Of a DNA stretch of 64,000 nt, positions 13,801 to 25,510 are shown piece by piece (positions within the stretch are counted from its first letter, which is position 1; every line of letters starts with the position of its first letter). A program made the translations under genes and the position numbers. The stretch comes from Dimorphilus gyrociliatus (taxonomy: Eukaryota > Animalia > Annelida). Under the pieces are notes generated by a model. It had not been told where the DNA came from, made no database searches, and worked only from the letters and a program-made list of their open reading frames with translations. Location: positions 868,001-932,000 of the forward strand of contig CAJFCJ010000006.1 of assembly GCA_904063045.1 (NCBI GenBank). The letters are read 5' to 3'.

Positions 13801-14075
13801 TTAGGAATTTTTAATACTCTTATAACCTATTAGTATAAATCTTATAATTAAATTTCTTGTAATCTAACACACACAATTAGGAATTTGATACGGTAACAAT
13901 TTTAGATTAAATACTACTTTACCTTATAAACAATAGAGAAGAATCCTTCTCCGATTTTACTTAAATTGAAATCCTGTATGTTGTATAAGCATTTCAAGCT
14001 TCCTTGAATTGCTTTGAAAGACGGTGATATGTTTACTCTCTGATTGCCATGGTCCTCATTCACATCAAGTTCCAT
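10897..14075 (-). CDS. TESK: Dual-specificity testis-specific protein kinase (TESK/Cdi, LIMK-related)
   Basis: Exon 13923-14075 encodes MELDVNED...QDFNLSKIGEGFFSIVYK and splices over a ~1.6 kb intron to exon 10897-12276 with VLK, HRDLTASNVL, ADFG and VGSPFYMSPE. There are no LIM/PDZ domains, so this is TESK rather than LIMK. Confidence 0.9.
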
Positions 14076-15066
14076 CTTACGATGTAGTCATTACTGCAAA
14101 AAAATAATTAGATTTAATGATCTTTTGACGTATAGTTGTAACAAGCCGTATCAACATTTTTCAGATTTGCTGGAATCCTAATCGATTATGCATTTTTAAG
14201 CCTAACTTATCGAAAAAATTCAACAGAGGAAAGGTTAAATTTCCTTTAGGAGTTTAAAATATTATTACAGCAGCAATTTTCTTATACAAATTTTTTTAAA
14301 TCTCCCTGTAAATGTATCATAATCGACAAAAGTTTAAATTTAAAAACATCAAAGTAATAGTATTCATATTAAAACCTACTTATATCTGTCAATTTTAATC
14401 AATCTGGCAAGCTGTCACGTGGTGAAAGATTAAATATCTTCGCCGTTCTCTTCTCTTCCGGCAGAACATATAAATGGGAGGAATACGAGATTTACAGATA
14501 ATTATACCTAGGAAATGGTTGGTAGCGCCCTCTATGTTTTAGGGTTGTTTTATTCTGCCTTCTGTGAAAAGCGTTTATGCTACTAAAGTGTACAATTTAA
14601 ACAAAGGCGTCACGCTGACCGCTTTGTTTAATTTAATTACATTCTTTATTATAATGTACAAATAAAAGAAAAGAATGCAACTAATTGGCACAAATTACTT
14701 TAATTGCATTCTTTTAACAACTAAAATAAAATATTCCTGATTTATTACAAGAAAGATAAATAGATAAAAACATTACTTTTAGGCTGTTCTGAAAGCATAA
14801 AACACGTTTTCAATAAAACTTATTAGTACTCATAATTTGTTAGAGCTAAGTTAAGAACATATCCGATTTATTTGTGTTTATTCGAAGCATAAATTCTAAT
14901 GTGTTCTTTAAATTTTCAAAGTAGATTTTATAATTTTTGTCAATTTTGTAAATGGAATACTAAATAAAACTTGTTTATTTATTATACAATTACAATTCAA
15001 TTTTAAATTATAAAAAAAAAGAAATAGAAAATTTTTCCCGCGTAAACTTACCAGTTTTTCAATAAA

Positions 15067-15080
15067 GTATTCCTAGCAAC
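15067..15080. promoter_or_regulatory. RFX X-box-like motif upstream of WDR34
   Basis: GTATTCCTAGCAAC matches the X-box consensus GTHNYY-AT-RRNAAC at 13 of 14 positions and lies ~130 bp upstream of an intraflagellar-transport gene ATG. Confidence 0.6.
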
Positions 15081-15207
15081 ACACGGCTTTGTTGGTGCGA
15101 GCCTAAAACATATTTCAGCAGACGACTCTTTTGAAAAGCTGACAATTGACACTTTACTGGTTATTATTTTGTAATTACAATTCAATCTTCATTGAAAATA
15201 AAGTGAA

Positions 15208-17090
15208 ATGTTTGTTGATGAATCACTAGAAGATGTTGAATTTTTGTCGAATTGGAAAAAAGAAAAGTAAAAAAGATTTATACTAATTTGAAAAAAATTT
15301 TCGAATTTTTTTTAACAATAGTTTTTTCTCAGGAATGTGACAGATTCAGAAGCTCAAACAAAAGAGTTAAGTGTTAGCGAAGTTGCGGTTCAGAGTGTTA
15401 GACGAAAAGATAAACAAGTAAGCACATGTTTTTCTGTCGTTTCCATAAAAAAGCAATTAAGTAGTACTAAATTGTAAAATTATTAATTTAGGTCCAAACT
15501 GAAGTTGAGGAGCAATTTGGTCAAATTAAATTAGAGGATGACAATCCAGAGCTTTTAGAATTTGTAAATAGATGGGAGCCTTTCATTCGTAAACAATTAG
15601 GAAAAAATTTAAGGAGTCACGCCTTTGATGGTTACGGAATACAATGGGACGAAGAAGCCGAGGATCTAACACTTGAACATACATTATCCCATAATGAATA
15701 CTCCAGTGATGTATGACAGATTGAATTATTAGAATCACTTTAAAGATGAATAAACTTTCTTCGTATTTAGCTTCAAGTTACTGCTGTTAGTTGGAATTCA
15801 ACAGGAGCAGTAGTGGGTTCCGCACTTGGAAGACATGATCATGAGGACTGGTGTACGCATAAATCAGTTGTTTGTACATGGAATTTAGATAGAAGAACTG
15901 TTCAAGCGAATAAACCGGATATATCTATAGAAATGAATGGTTGTATTATGAGTTTATCATTTCATCCTACTCAACCAGCCATTTTGGCCGCTGGCACATT
16001 CAATGGCGAAGTTATCGTATGGGATACTGCAAAAGAAAATGATATGGTACTTGCAACGTCTGGCATAGGAGAATCTTCTCATAGGGAGCCTGTAACTGAT
16101 ATTCAATGGGTTCATAACCCGTCTGTCAAAGGGTTTAAATATAGCGTAAGCATTATTTGTCGAACAAACATGATTGAATAACATTGACTAAATAGTTATT
16201 ATTCATTTTTAACTATAGATATTAAGTGTAGGTGGAGACGGAAGGGTGCTTCACTGGCGAATAACTAGCAAGAACACACTAAAAATTTTAGATGGTTTTG
16301 GAGTTTTCGCCTCAAAATTACCAAGATCTCTTCGAGCAAGAGGAGATCAAGAAGTTGGTCTCACCTCAATATCCTACAGCAACCATGAAGACACCACTTT
16401 TATTTTAGGAAGCAACGCGGGAGCGATTTTTAAGTGTTCCACAACAACATCAGCTGTTATTCGAGTGAACGAACCAACTTCAGTGGAGCTTAAAGACCCT
16501 GTTACCCTAACATTCTCTCCCCATAAGGGGCCTGTTCATTCGGTGAATTTATCTCCTTATCATAGACATATTTTCGTTAGCTGTGGAATGGACTCTTCGC
16601 TAAGAGTATACAGCCTTGTTCAGGTTAATATAAATAATAGTACCAACTATTACAGATTGACTAAAAGTTTCTTGCCTATTTTTAGTCGGATCCAATTATA
16701 AGCATAGAACCAGGAGAAGGTTATTTGCACGGTTCACAGTGGTCTCCATCTCGACCACTTGTATTATGCACAGCAACAGCAAACGGAACCTTATTGATAT
16801 ATGATTTACTACAAAATTCTGCTGTACCAGTGGCTAAAACTCAAGTTAGCTCATCGTCTCTTTATTGCGTGAAATTTAATAAGAATCAGTAAGTTTATCT
16901 AATGAAAATTTAACTCCGAAAGTGAAACTAAAGAATTGTATTTTTATAAAATTTTAGACCGCAGTTAATTTGTACTGGAAATGGAGCAGGACAAATCCAT
17001 GTTTATAGATTAACGGATCATTTATGTAATCAAGATTCAAGAGAACTCAAGAAATTGGAAGAATACGCCGACACTGCTCTTAAAAATTAA
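15208..17090 (+). CDS. DYNC2I2: Cytoplasmic dynein-2 intermediate chain WDR34 (multi-exon WD40 protein)
   Basis: MFVDESLEDVEFLSNWKKE...VTAVSWNSTGAVVGSALGRHDHEDWCTHKSVVCTWNLDRR...FHPTQPAILAAGTFNGEV...HKGPVHSVNLSPYHRHIFVSCGMD; stop TAA at 17088-17090. Confidence 0.92.
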
Positions 17091-17396
17091 ACTATATATT
17101 TATTTATTTGTCTTCTTATTCTCCTTCAACCTTTGTTATTCTCTTTTCATCATAATAAATAAAATTCACTAGTTTATTGTTTAATGCTCAAATCTGCTGA
17201 TTAATTTTGAAGATTTTCAATTACTAAAAACTCAATTAGATTATATTATTTGGATATAGTTAATATTTTATATATTTAATTTTAATATTAGAGTTTTAGA
17301 TGTAAAATCAAACAAGCAAATTATAAAATCAACATAAGAATGTTTAATAAAACAAACAAATTAAATTGAAGAATAAATATTTCTTTTTGTTATTAA

Positions 17397-17405
17397 CGCC
17401 ATCTT
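17397..17405 (-). promoter_or_regulatory. YY1-like motif (AAGATGGCG)
   Basis: Reverse complement of CGCCATCTT, ~50 bp upstream of the FkbM ATG. It is a single short match. Confidence 0.3.
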
Positions 17406-17455
17406 GTATCTGTTTTAATATTGAAAAAAATAGTATTGCAAAATCAATGTGACTG

Positions 17456-18503
17456 ATGAATTATCTTAAGATATCGTTAAATAAGAAGCTATTTTACTAT
17501 TTTTGTATTTTTACCTTCTCATTAAGTTTATTGATTGTTTTATATAACCAGTATAGATCGAATAGGATAAAAAATGATTTTAAAAGGTTTTTTTTACAAA
17601 ATAAATTAAATCAATCGCTAATATCAAAATCGGATCCATCAATTGAAAATATAAGGAAATTTCGACCGACTGGAAAAGAGAATAGAGAGTATGAAGTGAT
17701 TTTTACAAAATTAAAAAGCTTACAGAGAAGATTACCAATTTTTGTTTATAAGGACTTTACCGATGTGTATATTTCGCATGATGTTCTATATACCGGTACT
17801 TGGGATCCTGATACTACTAAGTTACTTTTGTCTGAACTTCGTACTAGAGATGGACTAATAGATATAGGAGCCAATCTGGGAGTATTCACGATTCATGCAG
17901 CTCATATGGGCAAGTGCGTTATCTCTGTTGAACCTTCGGAAGAAAATCTAGGTTTGATAAACATTTTCATATAGTTTAACGAATCTTCCTTTCAAATGAT
18001 CTATAATAAAACATTATATTTTTTTAGGTTTGCTGTCTCGTTCACTGCACGCTGGAGGAGTTTCTAATTGGACTATGTTATTAAAAAACTCTATAGATAG
18101 AATAAGAACCGAGTCATCGGTTCGACTAAACAAAATGAATAGAGGTGATACAAGAGTTATTCCAAAATGGAATAGATGTATAGGATCTTGCCCTCAGAAG
18201 GTCTATAGCATATTATTAATGGATATTTTACTTGTTTTACCATCAAACCTGAAGCGATGGATTCTGAAATTAGATTGTCAAGGTTGTGAAATGCATGCAA
18301 TTTTCGGATCGGGAAATTTACTTGATAAAATTGATCTAATTATCATGGAATGGTTTATGATCAAATCGCATAAACAAGCTAATCAATTAATATTATTTTT
18401 ATTAGAAAAGAAATTTTTACCCTACGGATTAAATAATTATATATTAAATCCTAATGAATTCACAAATTGGCCTTTCGATATTCAATGGAAGAAGGATGGA
18501 TAA
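17456..18503 (+). CDS. FkbM-family SAM-dependent methyltransferase with an N-terminal type II membrane anchor (2 exons)
   Basis: N-terminal TM YYFCIFTFSLSLLIVLY; SAM motif IDIGANLGVFT..SVEPS; ILKLDCQGCE..IIMEW; phase-1 intron at approximately 17951-18028. Confidence 0.85.
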
Positions 18504-18705
18504 TAATTATTAGTATTTATATTAAAACAATAGGATAAATTAATTTATAATATTATTTCTACTCAATAAACTTGTTGATATTTTTATTTTTCAATATGAA
18601 CTATTTTAAACTACTTTAAAAAAACTACTCTTAAAATTATCAGCATTTAGCTTGTTTTTTCAAACTTTATCCAAGTAAAGTCTCACTAGGAACGAGCTAA
18701 GAGCA

Positions 18706-19653
18706 ATGAAGCTGGAAATTATTATTTTTATTCTGGCTTTTCTAAACAAAGGTAATTTCTTAGTGATTAGTCCAGAAAAACTTTATATTAAACCTGGAGG
18801 TAGTGGTGTAATAACATTGGACACAACGGTTTCTTGCCAATTAATTGTCGACATAAGTTTTAAAACATATGATAAAGTGGTACCTCAAACAAGGGTGTTT
18901 GGTCTTAAACGGCAATATAGATTTAAAGTTAAGACTGATGCTCTTGCCGGATATTCTACAGTCTGCTCTCTTCGCTGCGGAGAGGAAGAAGGTTCATTTG
19001 AGTTGAATATTGTTGAAGCTTTTACAGCTGTTGGTGACCCACATTTCATGCAACTTGTTAAGGATATGAGAACGGGAAATAGCGAATACATTTGCTACGA
19101 TATATCTGGAAGAGCTGGATCATATATCTATATAGCGAAATATTCAGATCCTGATATAAAAGTATACGGAAGATTACTTAACGATTTTTATATGCACGAA
19201 ATATTAGTTTTCATTGAAAGCCACATTATAATTGTGAATTATAGCAAATTTTCTTTTAATCGTAAACGTTATCTTTGGCCCTTAGCTTTGAAAAAAGTGA
19301 AAGTACCAAAAATTGCACTTCGTACCAACGGCAACAAATTGACAATAGCCTACCTATCGAAGAAACCAATTATTATATCAATATTCAGAAATATTCGATT
19401 AGACGTTCGGCTGAGGCATTTAGATGTGACTTTAAATTCTATGGAAAGATTGAGTGGCGGACTTTTAAGAGATTCTCAAATAAAAAAATATGAATTCTAT
19501 CCTCCTGTTCAAGAAGATTCAACCACCGGTACAATAATGATAGATAACCGGTTTTATCGAGCTGATAGAACTATTCGTAATAATCAAACTTGTTGGCTAT
19601 TAAATGCTTCGGACGTAGTGAATGTCAAGCAATTTATGTTATATAAGCTCTGA
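18706..19653 (+). CDS. Secreted single-exon protein containing an inter-alpha-trypsin inhibitor heavy chain C-terminal-like domain
   Basis: Signal peptide MKLEIIIFILAFL; motif VGDPHFMQ...ICYDISGRAGSYIYI...IKVYGRLL resembles the GDPHF..LCF..G.PG..L..D...V.GQL start of the ITIH C-terminal domain; RHLDV..LSGGLL later in the ORF. Confidence 0.7.
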   Translation: MKLEIIIFILAFLNKGNFLVISPEKLYIKPGGSGVITLDTTVSCQLIVDISFKTYDKVVPQTRVFGLKRQYRFKVKTDALAGYSTVCSLRCGEEEGSFELNIVEAFTAVGDPHFMQLVKDMRTGNSEYICYDISGRAGSYIYIAKYSDPDIKVYGRLLNDFYMHEILVFIESHIIIVNYSKFSFNRKRYLWPLALKKVKVPKIALRTNGNKLTIAYLSKKPIIISIFRNIRLDVRLRHLDVTLNSMERLSGGLLRDSQIKKYEFYPPVQEDSTTGTIMIDNRFYRADRTIRNNQTCWLLNASDVVNVKQFMLYKL

Positions 19654-20317
19654 TTTAAATATTAAAAAAAACCAACTCAAAATTCTTTTTCAATTTTTTT
19701 TTTTAATTTAGCTTTCTCTCAAACATCGTCCATGCGCGTAATTTTTCCTAAAAGAGAATTATAATGTGCATGTAAATTCTCATAAAGATTTATTTACGTA
19801 TTACACCGTTATTTAAAAAAAAAAGTTATTCACGTATTTAATAATAGTAATAATTTATTTATAGTTTAATTCTATTTTTTTTTATTTATTAAATGAAAAA
19901 GAAAACAAAAAAAAACGGATTAACAAAGATTATTTAAACTATAAAAAATACGTTATTTTAATAGTACATCTTAATCTGTGTGTTATTCTCGTGTGCACAA
20001 ATCATTCAGATATATATTTTCTTCTTAATACACATGTAATTTTCAATGAAAAGTATAAAAAGCGTCTATAAAATTCTTCGGATTAGTAAGTTTAATATTT
20101 AGAAAGATTCCTTAAAAATATTAATTTATTTATTTAAATCATCATCATATAAACTATAAAAGAAATTATGTAATCAAAAGGATGATCCTCTATTCTAGTG
20201 CTAAAAATAAATTTTGTTTCTCTTATCATCAATATACAGTATTATTCATTTAGACGGATCGTAATTCTTTTCCTTATTCGCCATTATATTTTTAAAAAAG
20301 TTGTATAATTTATGATT

Positions 20318-21078
20318 TCACATTTGTACCTTATACGGTACTTCGGATTGTAGGATATTTTGCAAACATGACATAGTACATATAATTAACTGGATTAATA
20401 GGGAAAAAATCTCAAGTCCAAACGATAAATGAAGATATTTAAAATATTTCTCAGGTAAGTAGACTAAGAAAAGAGTTACGACTGTGATGGTAAAACAGCC
20501 TGTTGTTTTGTGGGAGGAAAAAAAAAGGCAGTTAAAAACACAAAATAGGATTTAAAAATTTCAATGGATTATCATACTTGTAAGAGCGCTTAAAATAGTA
20601 GTCAACTTTTGAAGTAGAAATATATACTTTTTTGCCGATGTTGCTGCTGCCAGAAGGAAAATATTGAAGAAGCATCCTATCAGTGATATTGCTGTTAGGG
20701 CTCTGATAGTTATTAGAATTTCTGAAAGGGAAGGAAAAAACTAGTAGATAAATAACTTTCAATTAATTAATAAGGTTTTCTCTGTTTACGCTTTGAAATA
20801 ATGTAATCTGGATAATCTAATGCGTCTACACAGATTTTCGCAACTGAAACATCTCCACTTTTCGAGCGCTCTTCGTCACACATTGACCAAATACCAAAAG
20901 ATGCTGAAAATATTCAAATTACGCCAGGGAAATTGTGCTAAGAATTTTTACCTGTTTCTGTTTTCGTTTGTATTATAACCCAATAAGGGAGAGTGAATGC
21001 TAGAATCTGAGATCCTGTTAATACTAGCGCTAAGAAAACCATTATTCTTTGCAATCTTCCAGTATTCAATCTCCACAT
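20318..21078 (-). CDS. Claudin/PMP22-superfamily four-transmembrane protein (4 exons)
   Basis: Spliced product MWRLNTGRLQRIMVFLALVLTGSQILAFTLPYW...ASFGIWSMC...KICVD...IRALTAISLIGCFFNIFLLAAA...CFTITVVTLFLVYL...HLSFGLEIFSLLIQLIIC...YKVQM-stop has the W-G(L/I)W-C-C signature and four hydrophobic helices. All introns are GT-AG and in phase. An in-frame upstream ATG exists at 21144. Confidence 0.8.
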
Positions 21079-21617
21079 ATTAGTTTTTCTTATAGTGAAC
21101 AGTTCTATTTTTAATTTTGACATGTAAGATAGATTTTTTCTCATTTAAACAAGATATAAGCATTGAGTGTTTTAGATAGATAAAGCGACAATCAAGCTCA
21201 ACACCTACTCATATTATTGAGTAAATAACAATGAGTAGTATATGAAAACGTATATGCCTAAAGGTAACATTATTTACGGAACTATAGGGCTACTGTATAG
21301 TCACATACATGGACGCTGAAATTTTTGCATAGACGCATCTGGCCAAAAACAAAATATTTTCAATGAAAAGCTTACATTGTTTTTTAACAAATGTTATCAT
21401 GATTTAACTTATAAAGTAGATTATATCAACAACATACACCCAATTAGCTCGCGCATTATTCAAATTGTGAATATGTATACTATAAGGGAAATTAGATATA
21501 CATCTAAATTTGCAATATAAAGCTTTTATTTCAAATTTGGCTTCTATTTCGTTCATACTGTGCATCAATAAAGATATTTTTCCAAAAATTGGATATAAAA
21601 TTTGGATTATCATCAAG

Positions 21618-23030
21618 ATGAGGATAAAGAGGATAAAACTATTTCCTAAAATTATCATAAGACAATATTTTGTTATTTTTATAGTCATTCAAGCTATATT
21701 CATATTAGGATATTATTATAAGGTCAACGAGAAGAGGTATTTCAAGAAAAGTTTACAAATCAACTATCTTCAGAAGCTTGTTGAAGTTGATGAAATAATT
21801 AGAAATATGGAAAATTTATGTGAAATTGATTATATAAATAAAAAGATGGCTAAAGAATTGGATAAAATCTACTCAGTTGTCAGTAATGTTTTTAAGAATG
21901 ACGTATCAAGCGGTGAATCTTTATGTCCTTGTATGCCAAGTTTAAGTAACTATTAAAATTTTATAATGATTATAATTCTTAAGATAGTTTCTTTTTAAAA
22001 TAGAAGGAAGACTAGCTATAGATACAACTCCCAAATATTGGTCCGATATTAGAAAAGAGGATTTTTCAATACACTTGAAAAATGGTCACTTTTGGCAAAC
22101 TCAATGTCGGGCTAGACAACATTTGGCAATTATTATCCCTTTTCGAGATAGGGAATCACATTTAAAGATCTTTTTAAATCATATACACCCAATTTTACAA
22201 AGACAATTGCATAACTACGGAATATACGTTGTAGAGCAGGTAACAACAATTAATTAATTGATTTCTTTAGTTAATCGAATCTATTTATGACAGGCAAATA
22301 ATGATGAATTCAATAGAGGGGCTCTTATAAATATTGGATATTTAGAGGCAATCAAAGATCATTCTGATTATTCATGTGTAATTTTTCATGATGTTGATAT
22401 GCTACCAGAAGATGATAGGAATTTATATAATTGTTTGGATCATCCTAAACATTTGACTGTTCTCATCAATAAATCAAACTATCGGTAAGATATTCTTATT
22501 ATCATTTGTTCTTAGGAAATGATTTTTAATATTCTAACAAATTTACACGTAGATTGTACTATCGTACATACTTTGGAGGAGCTGGAGCAATAAAATCTGA
22601 CGTTTTTGAGGAGATTAATGGCATGTCGAACTCCTTTTACGGATGGGGAGGAGAAGACGATGATTTATATAACCGTTTAAAATCTCATGGTTACAAAATA
22701 TTAAGATCAAGCAAGGTTAGTAGATATACAATGTTAAACCATACAGAAGCAGATGCAGCTCCTTCCAGGTAATTATACTCCATAATAGTAGTCTTTATCC
22801 TAATTCTAATTTAACTCTGTTATAGATTTAATCTATTGCGAATGGGTACCAGACGTTCCAAATACGATGGTTTAAATTCTCTAAGATATAAACTTTTATC
22901 AACGAAAAGAGATAAACTATATACAAAATTTCGGGTTACTTTTAAGAAATCCAACATACGAAGGACAATACGTTATAAAAGAAAATCTCAAAAGAAGAAT
23001 AAACCTCAAAAAGCGAAAACTTTTAAATAG
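21618..23030 (+). CDS. GT7-family beta-1,4-galactosyl/N-acetylgalactosaminyl-transferase (multi-exon)
   Basis: Type II TM; AIIIPFRDRESHL, FNRGALINIG, FHDVD, YFGG and WGGEDDD motifs. The start is chosen at MRIKRIK; an upstream ATG at 21510 is also possible. Confidence 0.93.
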
Positions 23031-23458
23031 AAACATTATACTTCGTTTACAAGAATATAATATTTAGATTTTATTGAATTGTTCAAAATATTTAAAATCA
23101 CATTGATAAAAGACAAAAAAAATTATGAAAAAAGTAATCTTTTTCTCCGTTTGTCACAGAATTTCATTTTGTAATTGTTATTTTTCATTCAAGTAATGTC
23201 GACTATCATATTTCATTTACAAAGTGTATAATAAATGACAACATTAAGAGAAAAATCTGCATGCACATTAAGAGGTTGGTTAGATGAAATTTACCTGTTT
23301 ATTGGTTTTTACAGACCAAGGAACATAAAAATCATAAAAACTAGGTCCATTTTAAAGTAAATAAAATGTAAAAAAAACTTTGAAGCTCTTAAGAGAAGTT
23401 GAAATCTTTATAATAACTCTTTTTTTTAATGACTAAGTATTATTATTTTTAAATGTTT

Positions 23459-24689
23459 CTATCTACAACCACACTTTCTTGCAACCATACCATCATAGCT
23501 GTACCTAAATGTTGGTATATTTCGTCGATCGTAATATAGAACTGATAAGGGATCGAGTTGTATGGGTACGCAGCAAGGCCAATCAGTAGAAGACCATGAT
23601 AGTGTTTTATGACTGGCTTGAACGATTGCATGTTTAGTATGGGATGAAAATGATGAAAATGGCAATTTGCATACACCAACGCACTTGTTAGCCTGTTAGG
23701 GAATTTGAATTACAAAATACTATAATACTATTATATAGTGAAATTAATTACTTCATATGCTATTGGTTTAATCATGAAATTCCATCCGATATCTCTAAAA
23801 TTTACTCTCATTGGTCTCAATGAACAATCTAAAGTCTCTCGTTTAGTCCTGATTGATTCATTTTCTGATATACTTGCTTTTATTCTTTCAAATTTCTCTT
23901 CAATAATATCTTCCTTTGATTTTAAATCTTTATCAATTACAGGCTGCATGCTTTGAGATATAGAATTTTGTAATATAAAATTTAATTCGTCATCTAAATT
24001 ACCAAATCCCGAATTGTCAATAGAATATAATACCAAATGGGGTCGAGCTCTTTCCTCAAAGAGTTCAATATCCAAATTCGCTTCACCAATTGAACGTTCC
24101 ATTTGTATTTGTAAAATAACGCTTTCTTTCTGAACGCAAATTGCAGGAAGAACGAAAGAGTGCCATTTCCTTTGGCCATTTACGCTACCGCCATATATCA
24201 TACGTTTCTTTAAAGTTCTTTTTCGATTCTCTTCTAAAACTGAAACTTTTATGTCACGAGATACTCCAGTACCCATTTTATTCGACGATGTAACCTAAAA
24301 GTACTTTAAGTTCTAAATTATCAAAAGAGAGAAGAGACGAAACAAACCTGAGTGCAAAATCTTAATTCGGCTCCAGTAACTCTTTCAACGCTCGTTTTTT
24401 CGGATGTTGATAAATTGAAGGATATTTCCAAAATACGGCTTAAATTATTTTCCATGGTTATATTAGACCACCAAGGTTCAAAACTCCTAATCACATTAGC
24501 ACTGGGCAGGGTAAAAAGATCCTTTTCGAACCTATTATACATTTCCACAAGGTATATCGAAGCGGAAGAGTTCTCTTTATACAGTTGAGGATCGACATTT
24601 CCATTCTCTAAAGGATTTTTCTTCTGATAAGACTTTGTTATAAAAAGGAAAACAATAATAATATAGTACGAGGAAAAGAAATTTATCAT
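23459..24689 (-). CDS. TGF-beta/BMP-family ligand, most similar in motifs to BMP9/BMP10 (3 exons)
   Basis: Signal peptide; prodomain ANVIRSF...AELR; furin site RTKR; mature domain CSLRPMRVNFRDIGW..AYE/ANKCVGVC..TKHAIVQ..CCVP..LDPLSVLYYD..PTFRYSYDGMVARKCGCR with all seven conserved cysteines. Confidence 0.9.
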
Positions 24690-25236
24690 TCTTCCTTTCT
24701 AATTGGCAACTTGTTTGCATGTGAATATGGGAAAGGATGTGAATATTTTCATGTTTGGCTTTCTGGTTTAATTTAGTTTTAAGACCTCCCTGGGTGTAGA
24801 TTTAATTCAAAAAGTGTTTTGTTACAGTTAAAGTATCCACCTAATAGAAAGTTAGTTACTTAAAAAAAGTAATATTTGTTACGGAAAATGATATTTTTCG
24901 TGGAAATAACGTGTTTTTTAAAAACATTATAGTATAACGTTTTCATTCATTAATTTATGATTTTTTTAAATCTCTATACAAATCAGAAATCATTTATGTC
25001 CTTTTTTTAGATTGAATACCATATGTTTGATTAAGCAAAATAACTGTTTATCCTTTTTTTCAATAGGCCTAATAAAATTAGAAATACTTTTAAAAAGGAT
25101 GGTCAGAAATTCTATATTTAAAATTCCGTGTCAAACACAAATTGTTAAAATTCAATGAACGATAGGAAAATGAACTTTATTTAAGTGAAAAGGTTCTAAT
25201 TGCATTCATAAGGGAGAGACTTAATATAATATATAT

Positions 25237-25240
<4 letters not shown>

Positions 25241-25266
<26 letters not shown>
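25241..25266. repeat. (TA)n microsatellite, intergenic
   Basis: Direct reading. Confidence 0.9.
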
Positions 25267-25272
<6 letters not shown>

Positions 25273-25510
25273 AATTTATATATGTACAGTACATTGAGTT
25301 GAAAATCAGAACCAGAAAGAAAAGTCAATTTTATAAATAGTAAAATTCCTTTTAGAATTTCCCCTTCGATTAATCGAATCTAATTCGAATGACAGGAAGT
25401 ACTCCGGATATTTTTGAATAATTTTATATCCGAAAATTGGTTTTCATCAAAGTATTATAAAAATAGTGGTTCACTTTACCATCAAATTTGACTCGGAATA
25501 CTGCAAAAGT

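Noticed and set aside
14524-14534. CTCF-like motifs (AGCGCCCTCTA here; also 33187-33202, 9196 and 26656)
   Set aside because: Only partial matches, each lacking half of the CTCF core.
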